Assembly: GCA_013239625.1 (NCBI GenBank)
Contig: MU053645.1
Location: forward strand, 434,001 to 498,000
Length of the DNA: 64,000 nucleotides
Source: Lama guanicoe
Taxonomy: Eukaryota
Direction: 5' to 3'
Positions 1 through 12,804 of this stretch are shown in pieces. A program made the position numbers and the translations under genes. The notes beneath the pieces were generated by a model. That model made no database searches, was not told the origin of the DNA, and saw nothing but the letters and a program-made list of their open reading frames with translations. Position 1 is the stretch's first letter. Every line of letters begins with the position of its first letter.

Positions 1-880
1 AAGCTGATATATGCCACAAACGTCATAGAATCCAGGGGGAAAATAACTATAAAGTTTCCATGAATTAATTGTCTGACACATTTCTATAATGCCTTTACTA
101 CTTACTTTTTTTTACTGCGTATACTTTGTTTTCCTTTTCATATGACAACAATTATATAATATTTTCTTTAGCCAGAACAGAAAGATAATTCAATCTTTCC
201 TCTAGCATAGTTGATTGAAATTTGCTTTTTATTATTGACAAGTTTAGAAGTCTCCTTCAGTTTCAGAACTTATTAATGTCACGTAAAGTTTGAGACTTGC
301 TATCAAATTTGGGGGAAGCATCTACCAATTTTTAAAATCAATTTTCTATAAATGTTCTTATAGAATAATTTTCTACAGACTGGTACTAGCTCTATATATT
401 TCTCTTACATTATATATATATATTAGTTCTCTTACATTCACTAATACTTCTGCTGCCAAACCCTTTAGGACATGCTATTATTGTAACAGGACTTCTGGTT
501 CTGTAGCTTCAGGTCGCTGGGTGAGTCAGCACAGAAGATGGTAGGATGATTTCTTAGAAGCCATTCCATACTAGGTTAGCTATCATAACAAAACTAAGAC
601 ATGCAGACGTGACTGTGAATCCCATGCCTCACCAAACTGAAATGAAATGTTTTGCTAGCTCAATTGAGTCTTTTCAGCTAGATCCCTGAAATGTGTATGG
701 TTACTCCAATGCCATCGGATAGGAGGGAAAGCATCTTAACTGAATTCAGTTAAAACATCTACAAATTTTACAATAACATATGATCAAAGACAAAAGCATT
801 GCTAAGGCTATTCTTAGGGATTGGGAGGGGGTCTCTAAGGTTTATGCTTCATTAACTTCACAAAAAAAACCCGACCTCTG
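1..880 (-). mobile_element. hAT-Tip100 DNA transposon relic (Zaphod-like), internally deleted, with a transposase C-terminal remnant
   Basis: The minus strand at ~180-300 reads LKLYVTLISSETEGDF* then, after a frameshift, LSIIKSKFQSTMLEERLNYL. This fits the hAT dimerisation motif (ERxFSxLxxIKxxxRSTMxxERL). The minus strand from 880 begins CAGAGGTCGGGTTTT..GTGAAGTTAATGAAGC, like the Zaphod terminus as I recall it. Confidence 0.75.
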
Positions 881-2757
881 TGGATCTAAGTATACTTTGT
901 AAAGTGCAGAGCGTAATAAAAATATTGGTAATGATGATGATGATTCTGTTACAAAAAAATGTAGCCTTGTGACATCTGTTGAAAGTAACAAGTTACGGGA
1001 GAAGTCACTCCTTTCTTTAGGAATTAGTTCATGCTGTGTGTACTCTACTCTCTGAACGTCCCTGATAGGAACCATATCCTGAGCAGACTCAAATCTCAGG
1101 AAACAGGAAGGGAAAATGTTGGCTTCTATACCTATCTCATTCATGCAGTGATATTGTAAAAAAGGGACTCCAGAACCTAGCCTCAACAATGTCAAAAATT
1201 CACTGTATCATCCCTTTTATTTTTGGTGTGCACTTCCTAAGAATAATATATAATGACAGAAAATGGTTACTAATTCACTAATGCTTTCAAATCAACTGGC
1301 ATTTTATTCATTACAACAGCATTTGCACGCAACTCAAAAATGTCAGGGCTATAAATATATGAAGACATAATATTGATTCAGTCTTCAGGTGTCCTGTGTG
1401 TATATGGCTTCTTCATAAGCCCTTGCAGTTTCTAAGCCAGTTCTGACCTGGGAGGAGACTACATTAGGACTGTCAATCCATCCCATGCATGGGTGGAGTC
1501 TGAAATTCATCTTTCTGTCTTGATATTCTTTAACCACCATGTCCACTGTAACTCCCAGCCATTCAGCTGGCATCGTATAAACACGAGACTGAGTTAATCT
1601 CTCACCTACACAACTGCAGCCCTAAACAGCTTGCCACTACCTATTCGGAGCACTGTCTTCTAATTGACTACTGATTCCTTTGCCCCCCAGTTAATACTCT
1701 CCCATTGACAGTCCTGCTTCAGCCTTCAGTTTGGCCTTTGGCACTGCACTGTTACTTAGGTTCCTGCCTTCCCTCCTTGACTGACATTTTGGTTCCCTTT
1801 TTCAGCTATGTTGCCAAAATGAATATCCTGTTTTGACTATGACCGACTCCCAGGAACTCCTATCCTGAGGTCCCTGACTAAGTCTTCTCTGGCCCTATGA
1901 GTGGAAACTGGATAATAGGACTAGTATATGCTATCTTTAAGGTTGGCCCTAGGTATTCACCTGTGCCCAAGGTCAAGGTCTTCTCCTATCCTTGTCATGT
2001 TCACCCAATTCTTACAATTTCCCTGATGAGATTAGTGATTGACTTTGAACTCCAGTCCATTTAGCCAGAACCATGATCCTCTGCCTAGTTTTTGTCAGTT
2101 CTTCAATTCTTCCTTGATGGGGCCTGGATATGGTGTCCCATATTCACTCAATGTCAAAAGCTGCATTGTTAGCAGTTCATCTGCTTTGAAGTATTACTCG
2201 TCCTAAACACCAGATTGGGGTTCCTTGGTTATTTATTAACCGTAGTCTGGAAGGACCAGTTCTCTTTAGATAGTATATCTCTTTAGATGACACGCTGGGA
2301 TGATGGCCAATCGTCTAGAATCTAGCCTTCCAGCCATGTCAGTCCTAGTCCTGGGCTGGCCTATTCCTCCTTCTTCACCTACCTGTGTAGCTGAAGACCC
2401 ACTTCCCTTAAATAAAACATGACCAATTCAGACACTTGCTTTTATTAAATCACCTATGATTCTCTAGTTATTTCATTTTTTAGCCTTATCTCTCTAACTA
2501 GATTATGAACTCCTGGAGGAAAGAAACCATGCCACATGCTTATATCTTTTCATGGTCCTAGATACATAATGAGTATTATGTCTTAATTTTTCAAAGCAGA
2601 GTAAAGATATATGAGTTGGTGAGGTAACAGACCTGGGAGGGAAGTGATAGTTAAATGGAGATCTGATCCCTGTCCTCTAATTCTCCTCCTGGACTTCGAT
2701 GGGACACCTTTAGAGAAGACTATATGCAGATATTACATCACATGCAAAATTGTAACT

Positions 2758-3015
2758 GATTAAGTACATGGCTTTGGAGTCAGGCAGAAAAGGATCTGAA
2801 TCATGGATTCATTTCCCAGCTTTGTCACTTCCTAGTTGTGGGTATTAGGTCAAGTCACTTATTCTGTTCACTTCAACTTCCTCCTTTATAACATTGTGAA
2901 GATTATAGTATTTACTATGTAACGCTTTTGTGATGACTAAATGAGATGGTACATTAAAATGCCTAGCACAATGTCTGGCATATAGTAATGCTCTATAAGG
3001 GTAGCTTTTCTATTA
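2758..3015 (+). mobile_element. MIR SINE
   Basis: MIR core and tail: GGCTTTGGAGTCAGGCAGA...ACTTCCTAGTTGTG...TAAATGAGAT...GCCTAGCACAATGTCTGGCATATAGTAA. Confidence 0.85.
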
Positions 3016-4347
3016 TTTCTATAGCTACTTGCTTTGTAACTTTAGGTCTAAATAAGGCTGTGACCTTTTATATACAGATAATACATATCAAAGAGGTAGC
3101 TGCATATCTCATTTTAGATTTTTTTTTACAAACTTCTAATATAATAACAATAATAATAGCATCTAGCATTTATTGAATACTTATCCTCTACTGGTTAGAT
3201 TTCCTGCCATAAGAAAAGGCTAATATCACTTAGCTGTAAGCCTCACAGAAGTAACATGGATGCTCTATCATACATAACACTCCGTACTTGATTTTCAATA
3301 TGAAAGTTTACTTTGTATCTGACACATTTTTCTCTAAAACATATTTTTTATTTCTTGACTACTTCACTTATCTATTGATCCATCAAATAATGTTAGAGTA
3401 ACTGTCCACTGAGATTGAGACCAAAGGCTAAAAGGTAGCTTTTTACATAGAAATTCAAAGTAAGAGCATTTAGAAACATTTTTAAATAAGTTTAAAAGCA
3501 ACACCACTTGCCATGTTTCTCTCTGAAATTTTCAAGATACTATGTGAGGCGTTATGTACACTAGTTGCTAAGTAAACTAGCTACATGATATAATAGCTTT
3601 TAAGAAATGAAGCTAACCTTCCTCAACTTTGGGTGCTTGTTAGTTCCTTGGTTCACTGATGACTCCGAAGAAGAAAAAGAAAAGAGGGAAAAAACTCATT
3701 TCCAGGGAAAGAAGCCATAAAGGACATTTCTTTTTCCATTGTAAATCACAACCCTCTAAATTAAATCTTAGTCAACTCAGCATCTTATACCTACTGTCCT
3801 ATTAGTTTAATTACTAAAAGATGGCTTTATTTGGCTCTGCATTTTCATTATTAGTTTCTTTATTGATTTTCACACTATCTGGCTGGGACTGTGTTGATGT
3901 TGCTGTACCAGTTATTAAAAAAAAATGCCAAGAATGAAAGTAAACATTCCAGATGAAAGAGTAAGCAGAGACATATTTACAGTAATCTGGGATCTCAGGA
4001 AAGAATGAGATAATGTCAGGGCTGTGGGGATACGTAAGCAACATAGTCCAGCCAGGAGGAAAGATCAGGGGGTCAGGAGTCTTGTGTTCTAGTTCAAGCT
4101 ATGAGGCATCAGACAAATCATTAATCTCTCTAGGGTACATGGAGGTGATAATGTTTCTTCCTGCACTAAAGGTAGGTGATAATCAAATATGTTTCATTTC
4201 CCCCACCCTCTACATTCATTTCATCATCAGATTTTGATGGTTTTACCTATTAAATATCTTTTGAACTTCTCCCTTCCTTTGCATCCCTCCTATAGCAACT
4301 TGAAGTCCTTTTCACTTCTTACCGGATTCCTCTGTCTCCTAACCAGT

Positions 4348-4554
4348 TGTGGTGGCTTTAAAAACGTAACACATTCTTTATAGCTCTTTCCATCAAGAGA
4401 TGAATTTTATTTCCTCACCCCTGAAACTGAGCTGGCCTTGTAACTTGCTTTGACCAACAGAATGTGCCAGTAGTGATATTGTACAACAACTGAGCTAGGT
4501 CTTAGGAGGCCTTGTCGTCTCTGCTTTTATTTAAGCTCTTGCTGCTCTGATTGC
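4348..4554 (+). mobile_element. MaLR LTR fragment (MLT1F/G-like, 5' part)
   Basis: Starts TGTGGTGG; contains CTGAGCTGGCCTTGTAACTTGCTTTGACCAACAGAATGTG, typical of MLT1. Confidence 0.75.
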
Positions 4555-4825
4555 TGTGTATATTAGTTTCCTATAGCTGCTATAGCAGATTACCACAAAT
4601 TTGGTAGCTTAAAATAATACAAATTTATTTGATAGTTCTGAAGGTCAGGAGTCCAAAATCAGTCTCACTGAGTCAAGGTGTCAATAGGTCTGGTTCCTTC
4701 TCAAGGCTCTGGGGGAGAATCTGTTTCCTTTTGTTTTCCAGCTTCTATACACTGCCTGCATTCCTTGGCTCATGGCCCCTTTTCCAGCCTCAAAGCCAGT
4801 AGTGTAGCATCTTCAAATTTCTCTT
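4555..4825 (-). mobile_element. MaLR LTR fragment (MLT1B/C-like, 3' part)
   Basis: TATTAGTTTCCTATAGCTGC...TACCACAAATTTGGTAGCTTAAAA...AGTTCTGAAGGTCAGGAGTCCAAAATCA...GGGGAGAATCTGTTTCC. Confidence 0.8.
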
Positions 4826-5207
4826 CAATTTTTTAAAAAAGACATTTGAAACATCCATCAGTCACTCTGGATCCAGGCTTACTGGCTGTTTAATTCCTTT
4901 TCCATTCAGCTGCTGGAGTGATCTTTCTGAAATGCAATTCTTACTTTTACAACTGACCCCGCACTCTGGCCTTCAGAATAAGGTTAAAGTTACTTGGCAT
5001 GGTATTCAAGGTCCTCCCCAACCTCAACCCTGCTCATATCTTCAACATTTTTTTTCATAAAGCATTCATTTCTTAGAAATGTGTATTCCTACATCAGTGA
5101 ACGGCTAGCTCCTGTTACTGCACATTACTTTGTAATTGTGTGAGTATATATCTGTCTTCCTCCCTTGACTGGGAACTCAAAGCCATGGATATTGCTTCAC
5201 CTACATA

Positions 5208-5705
5208 TTTAGGGGAGGAAAACATTTTCCTTGACCCTCTTAGGGTCCCTGGCTGGGCCTGAAAATTAAACTGACAAAGACAGACTAATAGGAGAAAAGC
5301 ATGCAAATGTATTGAATGAGACTTCATAAGAAAATAAAGACCTGAAGAAACAGAGCTGAGTATTTCATGCCAGGTTTGATGAAAAGTCGGTAGTCGTACA
5401 GAAACATGATAGGTTGAGGAGTATGAGGCAAGTGTAGTAAAGTGTGGAAACTTAGCAAAGCCTGTTTGTTCAGATTCCTCTTGGTGTCATTTTGTTTTCA
5501 GAGATAAGAATGTTCCCTTTTTCTAGGTATAGGGAGGACACCTCTCACATGAGGGTTTTATGACCTGTTTCTGCGAAAAAGAACAAGGGTAGGGAGGAGG
5601 TCAGAGTGATTTCCTGTGTCTGCCATTTTCTTAGACTCCTTTAACTTAAAATAATCAGTGTGCCAAGGTGCCATGTTTCGAGTTACTGTGTCCTGAACCC
5701 CATCA
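5208..5705 (-). mobile_element. ERV1 solo LTR (MER34A-like) inserted into an L2 3' end
   Basis: The minus strand begins TGATGGGGTTCAGGACACAG...CATGGCACCTTGGCAC and ends TTCCTCCCCTAAA, ~500 bp in all. L2 tail sequence lies on both sides (~5120-5200 and ~5706-5780). Confidence 0.75.
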
Positions 5706-5894
5706 TTATGTACATGAAGCACTTAGCCCAGCACCCGGGATACAGTCTCAATCAACAATCATTCAATGAACTGATGAAAGAATAAAGGATCATTCGGATT
5801 TCAGGAAAGTTATGTTTTTCGGCATTTTGTAGATCACATGAAATATCTTTTTAAAATCTATGTGAGATTCCCCACATACCTAGCTCATTTCTCA

Positions 5895-6135
5895 GTGGAC
5901 TAGCTACTGGCACTTGCTAGTTGTGCAACCATACACATATTATTTCAATTTTTTGTCTTAACTTTCTTCACCCGTAAAATGGAGATTTATGAGTGGTTAC
6001 TTCAGGGTTGTGGCGAATAAATGAATAGATGTATGTAAAGTGCTTAGAAGCATGAGTGGCACACAGTAAGTGCTGTGTAAGTGTCAGGAATCATTATGAT
6101 GATTGTGGTGGTGGTGGTGGTGATGGTGGTGGTGA
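5895..6135 (+). mobile_element. MIR SINE followed by a (GGT)n tract
   Basis: CACTTGCTAGTTGTG...GTAAAATGGAG...TAAAGTGCTTAGAAG...GGCACACAGTAAGTGCT; imperfect (GGT)n at ~6105-6135. Confidence 0.85.
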
Positions 6136-7156
6136 TTACCTCCACAATCTCTGAGAGTGTGTGAACTCAGTCAAAGATTAGCTGGAACAAAATTATGTTA
6201 GAAATGTAATCCATAATATTCCCGACAAAACTAATTACAGAATGTATTGTTTAGAAAAAACAATTCTCAATCGTCTCTATATGTAGAGAAAATACTGTGG
6301 ATTTTGGTGGAAATCTATGTTTCAGTGGAAAACTTGTGGCCTATCGTATTCTAGCCGCGTTCATTTTCTCTGAGCCATTTTGCAACTATATGTAAATAGT
6401 AAATTCTGTCTTCCTGGTAGAGGTTTGATTGATTTACCTCCCTTTACCCTCATGGAAAAACCAGTTTTATCTCCATTTGTAATTCATACCAGTACTACTT
6501 TATTCCATATACATTTGTGATTTTCTGTGTTTTTTAAAAATAGGCTATAACATCTGCTTGGTTCCCTTGTATCATAAGGGAACATGTTCATTTTATACCT
6601 ATATGAGAGTCATGACTTCTACCTTTTTCTGAAAATTATCTTTTTAACAGTTTTAGCCTAGTCATGTCTTCTCTTCGTCCCCAGAGGTGACTCCAGAGTG
6701 GCAATACAAACTGTTTTTCTAATTTGAATTTTGCTCTCTAGTAATCTTGCTTTTGCTTTGTTTATAGATAATAAATTATTCCCCACTAAGAATTTGGTTT
6801 TATGGTCTGTTAATGGATTGCTTATAGAAATCTATTATTTGTTAGGTGAACGACAACAGAGGATAAATTTTGTTAGCCTTTTTGATTGGGAATTTGGTTT
6901 TATGGTTTGATCATTTGGTGATCCCTATAAATTAACAGTTGTATAGCAACGTTGTACCTGTTGAGTGAGAGATAACAGAGAATCTGGTTAATCTTTTCTG
7001 ATTGTCTATTTTGAACCCAAGTCAGTTAAGTAATTTTACTCACTGAGAGGAGAATTGCTCTTTGACATTGACCAGAGAGTTATATGCTTCTGTGCTTACT
7101 TTTCACTCATGGCTAAATTTTTTAAATTGAAGGTATAAATTCTATCTGTTTGAGGG

Positions 7157-7350
7157 TGTTCTAGGGACTGAAATGTATCCCCCCCCAAATTCATATGTTG
7201 ATTTCCTATACCCCAATGTGACTGTATCTGGAGATAGAGTCATTAAGAGGGAATTGAGGTTAATTGTGGTCATAACGGTGGGGCCCTAATCTCAAGAACT
7301 GTGGCCTTCTATGAGGAGGAAGAGAAAGCTTTCTGTCTCTCTCCCTCTCC
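7157..7350 (+). mobile_element. MLT1A/B-like MaLR LTR fragment nested in the provirus
   Basis: GACTGAAATGTATCCCCCCCCAAATTCATATGTTGA...CCCCAATGTGACTGTATCTGGAGATAG...GGTGGGGCCCTAATC. Confidence 0.85.
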
Positions 7351-7400
7351 TCCTCCCCAATGATTTTTGCCTTCACTAAATAAAATCCTAGCTTTAGAAT

Positions 7401-7443
7401 TAAAATAAAATAAAATAAAATAAAATAAAATAAAATAAAATAA
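7401..7443. repeat. (TAAAA)8 pentanucleotide microsatellite
   Basis: Read directly; perfect repeat. Confidence 0.95.
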
Positions 7444-10400
7444 CACTTCTGAGTTATCTTTTACACCTAAAATTACCTATTTAGGCTTCCTGGAAAGGCA
7501 CACAGATTTGTTTTTGGGAAAAAGAGAAGTTATAGAAGTAACTAGGTATATTTGGTATGTTGTGTGGGGAGAGTTTTCATACTGAAGAGATGCTCAGCCT
7601 CCTCCAAGATAAATGTGTGGGTAAAATGTTATTAGTATAAATATTTCAGAAATTGTATACAGTGTGGGAAATTCCAAGAGATTTGTCAAAGCCTTGGCTG
7701 TTCATAATATGTTTCTACTTATCAGAGTCCTTCCTGATGGTGCTTTGACTGATATTGGATGGTAGCAGTATACTGTTATCAGTAATAATTTCAGTTACTT
7801 AAAAAATGTTAACTTTGTCACAAATTTGATTTTTTAATTTGAATCTAGCATCTTCTAGGCCAGGGTCTTAAAGTGGGGATTCATATCACTTACCTATGGA
7901 GTTTTATTAATACATAGATATTTAGGATGTCCCCCACACTGAATCACTTTGCTTGATATTGATATAATCTTGGCATATTATTACTCTATGCTTGGAATAT
8001 TCATTGCATATTATGCCAAGATTATTATGCTATTTCTCAAGATTATTGTCTCAGTATAAATTACGTTCATCCATTAAAAAATTAGATGTAATATTCACTG
8101 CCTTTTTGGAAAAGAGGTTTAACCACTATGTCTATAATTATTTTATCTAAAACGTTTTTTGGACTCTACTATCTTGTTTCGGTTGTGAAAGAACTGAATT
8201 TCCTTAACAGTTGCATTATTCTTACAATAGACTCAAATCAGATCTTCCACTTTTGAAAGTTATCTGTAGTAAATTAATCACAGCCAATTTAAGTCTTTTG
8301 TCATCTACAGATGTTTTCTGTTTGTTTCATTCTGATGCTTCCTTGAAAGTACTTGCAATCAGCTACAGGCCTGAGTGCTTCACTATCAACAAAAAGAGAC
8401 TATCTCAGAGCCCCAAGGAATAGGATTATGCCAAATACTCTTGGATACAGACTTCTGCTAATACAAGATCCTGTAGAGCAAGAACTAATTATGTAAGAGT
8501 GAAATGATGTGATTTTTAAAGGAATATTCTTGATATTTTAATGCTCCATTTTCTGGATATATAAGGAAGTCCCTTCTCTTTCCTCTTAAGCTTTCCATAA
8601 CTCTCAACATTTGAGTAGACTCTGCTTCTGTAAACCAAAATGAAACATTTGTAAATGATATTTTATTCTTCTTATATGACCTGTTCAGAATTCAGAAGCT
8701 CTTATTGAATATTCTTATTTTCATATCAATGTAGTTATTTGTATAGGTTAAATAAGAATCTGTTCTCCTTTTACTAGGAAATAATTAGAAACATTGGTTA
8801 TACAACTAAGGATTTGCCTGGGATGTTATATTTGAGAATTATGGTCATTTAATCAGATGTGACCAGATACTAAGGCTTACTTTACAAAGCCAAAGTGTAA
8901 AATGCCCTCTTGGGAAAACTGGCTTGAAACCTGGCTTCCAAGGTTCTTAGTCTTCCAGATGAGTAAGGAAGGTCATTTCCTGGTAGGCCAGGAACCTGGG
9001 TTATTTTGAAGACTTCAAGAAGAGAGGAATTCACCCCCAATGTATGGGTACTACAGGTGAAAACTGGCTTCCTAGCCTCAGGACTCCAAATAATAAGAGT
9101 GTTGTAAAAGTCCAACCTGAGATTCCTCATGAAAATTTCCATCAAAACAAACTTCAGAAGGTCATACGGCAAGTGAACATACTGATGCTGTACCTATGTA
9201 AGTCATCAGGTCATACCTAACAAGACAAATCATATTCTGTGATCAAGATAATCTTTTTCTGAGAAGTTTTTGATCAAAGGAGGGGGTAATTATAACAAAA
9301 AAAACCCTGTTTTTCAGTGGAAAACTATGTATCATCTAGAGCACACCCTTCAGGCTTGTCTGTTAGAAATTTAGTTGACTCCCCAACCTCGCCCTGGAAA
9401 AACCAGTTTTGTCTCCATTTGCAATTCATTTCAACATTCCTTTACTCCATAAAAATATTTGCCCTTTTGACTTTTCTTTTTAACCAATTATAATATCTGC
9501 TTGGTTCTCTCATATCATATGAGTAAAATAAAACTTTAACCCACATTTATATCTGTACGAAAGTCATGGTTTTACCTTGTTCGGAAAATTATTTTTTAAG
9601 AAAATTGTATTTAATTCTTGGTTACCTTTCTGAATTAGATCAGAGTTGACTATATTCTCTCTATCAAGAAACTTTATGATTTAACAAAAAGGATTCATAA
9701 AAAGAAGTGCTTGACCTGTCATGGCATATAAACTGAGTGACAACCTAAGCAGAACCCAAGTATCATTTTAGTTTGATAGTCTGTTCTTCATCCATTTTCA
9801 CTATGACTCTGTATAACAAAAAAGTGTAGGGCATCAGAAGCTGTGGAGAGTAATTAAGGAATAACTTTGTCTATCACATGCTAGTAAAACAAAACAGACT
9901 TTCCTGGAAGCCATCTTTTGACATACTTGGAGGATGTTAATTCATATCTAACCAAATCATACCTTGCCTACTTCATTTATACTCCATTGCCTCTTTCCCC
10001 GGTTGTGTATGCATATTTTAAAACTAATGTTTCTGCTCGTTAGAGAAAATTATATTATTTTATACTTTTTCAGTCAGGCGCAATATAAATTAACTTTTGT
10101 TACATTCTAGTTTGTTAAAGGAAGACTTAACAGGCTTGTTGCTCTCTGATAAAACTTGGGTATCTCCTTAGGGCCCTACATAGGGATTGTGTGTGTGTGG
10201 GAGGGAGGGAGGGAGAGAGAGAGACAGAGACAGAGAGACAAAGAGTAAGAGAAAGAAAAAGAGAAATTTTGGAGACTCTTTATCTTACTCCTCTCAATGT
10301 GGACTTCTAGTATGAACTGTTTAGAAGACAGGAAAAGACAAGGAAATCAGTAGTGGTTGATTTCATAACCTGTAGTGTAGCTACCAGCTCTAGGTTTTCC

Positions 10401-10845
10401 TGTAAAATGTGCAGTTACTATCTCCTATCTCCATCAAGCATACTGCTCATCTATTACCCATGCATCATGATAGCAATGAATCTTACAGATTAAAATGTCT
10501 GTGTAGTATTTGTATTTATCCTGTCTCTACTGTCCACCTCTATTCCCTATATGTTTTTTTTTAACATAGCTTGGTTTAGGTCACAAATCAGGAGAAAATG
10601 GATCTATAATTTTGATATCAGGTAAGGACTGAGAGCTTCCAGAGATGACAAACACTCCCTCAATTTTCACTTCCCTAGCAAAGGGCAGGGGGTACAGCTT
10701 TTACCTCAGTAAGTTCTCTTGGAACAGCTTTATTTCCCTAATAAGCAGTGATACGTTGTAGAATTTAACTTACTGCACTCTTCATGAGTACAATATTTTT
10801 TAAACTTCCGTTTAAACTTCTCATAGAGTGTGTGTGGTATCATAG

Positions 10846-11047
10846 TACTGGAGGTGATTTTGTACCCCAGGGGATATCTTGCAATGTCTGGAGCCATTTC
10901 GGGCAGTCAAAACTGACAAGGAATGCTACTAGCATTTAGCTGGTAGAAGCTAGGGGTTGCTCCTAAAAGCACAGGATAGCCCCTTCCACCAACAAACAAT
11001 TTTCTAATCCTAAATGTAAATAGTTCTGATATTGGGACACCTCGGCC
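10846..11047 (+). mobile_element. MER20 (hAT-Charlie MITE)
   Basis: GGTGATTTTGTACCCCAGGGGATAT..GCAATGTCTGGAG...TGCTACTAGCAT...GCACAGGATAGCCCC...AATGTAAATAGT. Confidence 0.85.
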
Positions 11048-11461
11048 TAGTGTCCTAACAGTGCTATCTGCCTGATGCTGAACTGTTTATATTTCAAAGA
11101 TGGGCTACCCTGAAAAAACACTTTTCTGATTTTCTTAGAATAAGAATTTTAATGTTGTCTGCAACTTAGTATTTAACTTTTCTTGTTTTAGGGCCTCATG
11201 ATAAGGAGCGAGGAAATAACAAGCTTAAATATACAGAATGAGGGAAAAACTCATTCTATAAAGTTAAGCAGGTTTTACTAATGAGGTCCAATATTTATAC
11301 ATAATACAAATGGGCAATTTATCAGGAACTATTAGAACTGATGATATTTTCTTTAATCTGGTAGTGTTCAGTGATCAATTTCCTAGTAATTTAAATTATT
11401 GACTTTAAAAACCTTTAATTTACAAAACTAGAAACTGAAAGATGGAAATAGTACTAAATTA

Positions 11462-12804
11462 CTTTCAGCAAATGGTGTTGGGAAAACTGGACAGCAGCAT
11501 GTAAAGCAATGAAGCTAGAACACTCCCTTACACCATACACAAAAATAAACTCAAAATGAATCAAAGACCTAAACATAAGAAAAGATACAATAAACCTCCT
11601 AGAAGAAAATATAGGCAAAACATTATCTCACATACATCTCAAAAATGTTCTCCTAGAACAGTCTACTCAAGCAATACAAATAAAAGCAAGAATAAACAAA
11701 TGGGACCTAATGAAACTTACAAGATCTGCACAGCAAAGGAAACCATAAGCAAAACAAAATGGCAACCTACGGAATGGGAGAAAATTTTTGCAAATGAAAC
11801 TGACAAAGGCTTGATCTCCAGAATATATAAGCGGCTCATACAACTTAATAAGAAAAAAACAAACAACCCAATCCAAAAATGGGCAGAAGACCTAAACAAG
11901 CAATTCTCCAAGGAAGACATACAAATGATCAATAGGCACATGGAAAAAATGCTCAATATCACTAATTATCAGGGAAATGCAAATCAAAACTACAATGAGG
12001 TATCACCTCACACCAGTCAGAATGGACATCATTCAAAGATCCACAAATGACAAATGCTGGAGAGGCTGTGGAGAAAAGGGAACCCTCCTTCACTGCTGGT
12101 AGGAATGCAGTTTTGTGTAGCCACTATGGAAAACAGTATGGAGATTCCTCAAAAGACTAGGAATAGACTTATCATATGACCCAGGAATCTTGCTCCTGGG
12201 CATATATCCAGAAGGAACCCTGCTTCAGGATGACACCTGCACCCCAATGTTCATAGCAGCATTATTTACAATAGCCAAGACATTGAAACAGCCTAAATGT
12301 CCATCAACAGATGACTGGATAAAGAAATGGTATATTTATACAATGGAATACTACTCAGCCATAAAAACTGACAACATAATGCCATTTGCAGCAACATGGA
12401 TGCTCCTGGAGAATGTCATTCTAAGTGAAGTAAGCCAGAAAGAGAAAGAAAAATACTACATGAGATCGCTCATATGTGGACTCTAAAAAACCAAACAAAC
12501 AAGCAAAGCATAAATACAAAACAGAAATAGACTCACAGACATAGAATATAAACTTATGGTTGCCAAGGGGGTGGGGGGTGGGAAGAGATAGACTGGGATT
12601 TCAAAATTGTAGAATAGATAAACAAGATTATACTGTATAGCACAGGGAAATATATACAAGATCTTGTGGTAGCTCACAGAGAAAAAATGTGACAATGAAT
12701 ATATATATGTTCATGTATAACTGAAAAATTGTGCTCTACACTGGAATTTGATACAACATTGTAAAATGACTATAACTCAATAAAAAAAGTTAAAAAATAA
12801 AAAT
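11462..12804 (+). mobile_element. 5'-truncated, relatively young LINE-1 (ORF2 C-terminus, 3'UTR, A-tail), probably a camelid family
   Basis: ORF2 peptides [41 protein letters not shown] and DTCTPMFIAALFTIAK...YTMEYYSAIK, with few frameshifts. Ends TATAACTCAATAAAAAAAGTTAAAAAA. Flanked by direct repeats at 11407-11461 and 12805-12859. Confidence 0.97.

Larger units (their letters stand above)
6282..9601 (+). mobile_element. Ancient non-autonomous ERV1 (MER4-group-like) provirus with both LTRs (~6282-6649 and ~9291-9601)
   Basis: Terminal direct repeats share TTTCAGTGGAAAACT (6320/9312) and a 33/35-identical block (6453-6487 vs 9395-9429). A polypurine tract AAAGGAGGGGG precedes the 3' LTR. A degenerate PBS-like TAGCCTAGTC follows the 5' LTR. 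The internal GAGTAAGGAAGGTCATTTCCTGG..CCAGGAACCT is typical of MER4-group internal regions. Confidence 0.75.

Noticed and set aside
1390..2450. Possible ancient Gypsy/ERVL-type LTR sequence
   Set aside because: The composition looks LTR-like, but I could not identify termini, a TSD or a family.
11556..12486. L1 ORFs as a functional or domesticated gene
   Set aside because: 5'-truncated and frameshifted, with no EN or RT domain and no promoter.
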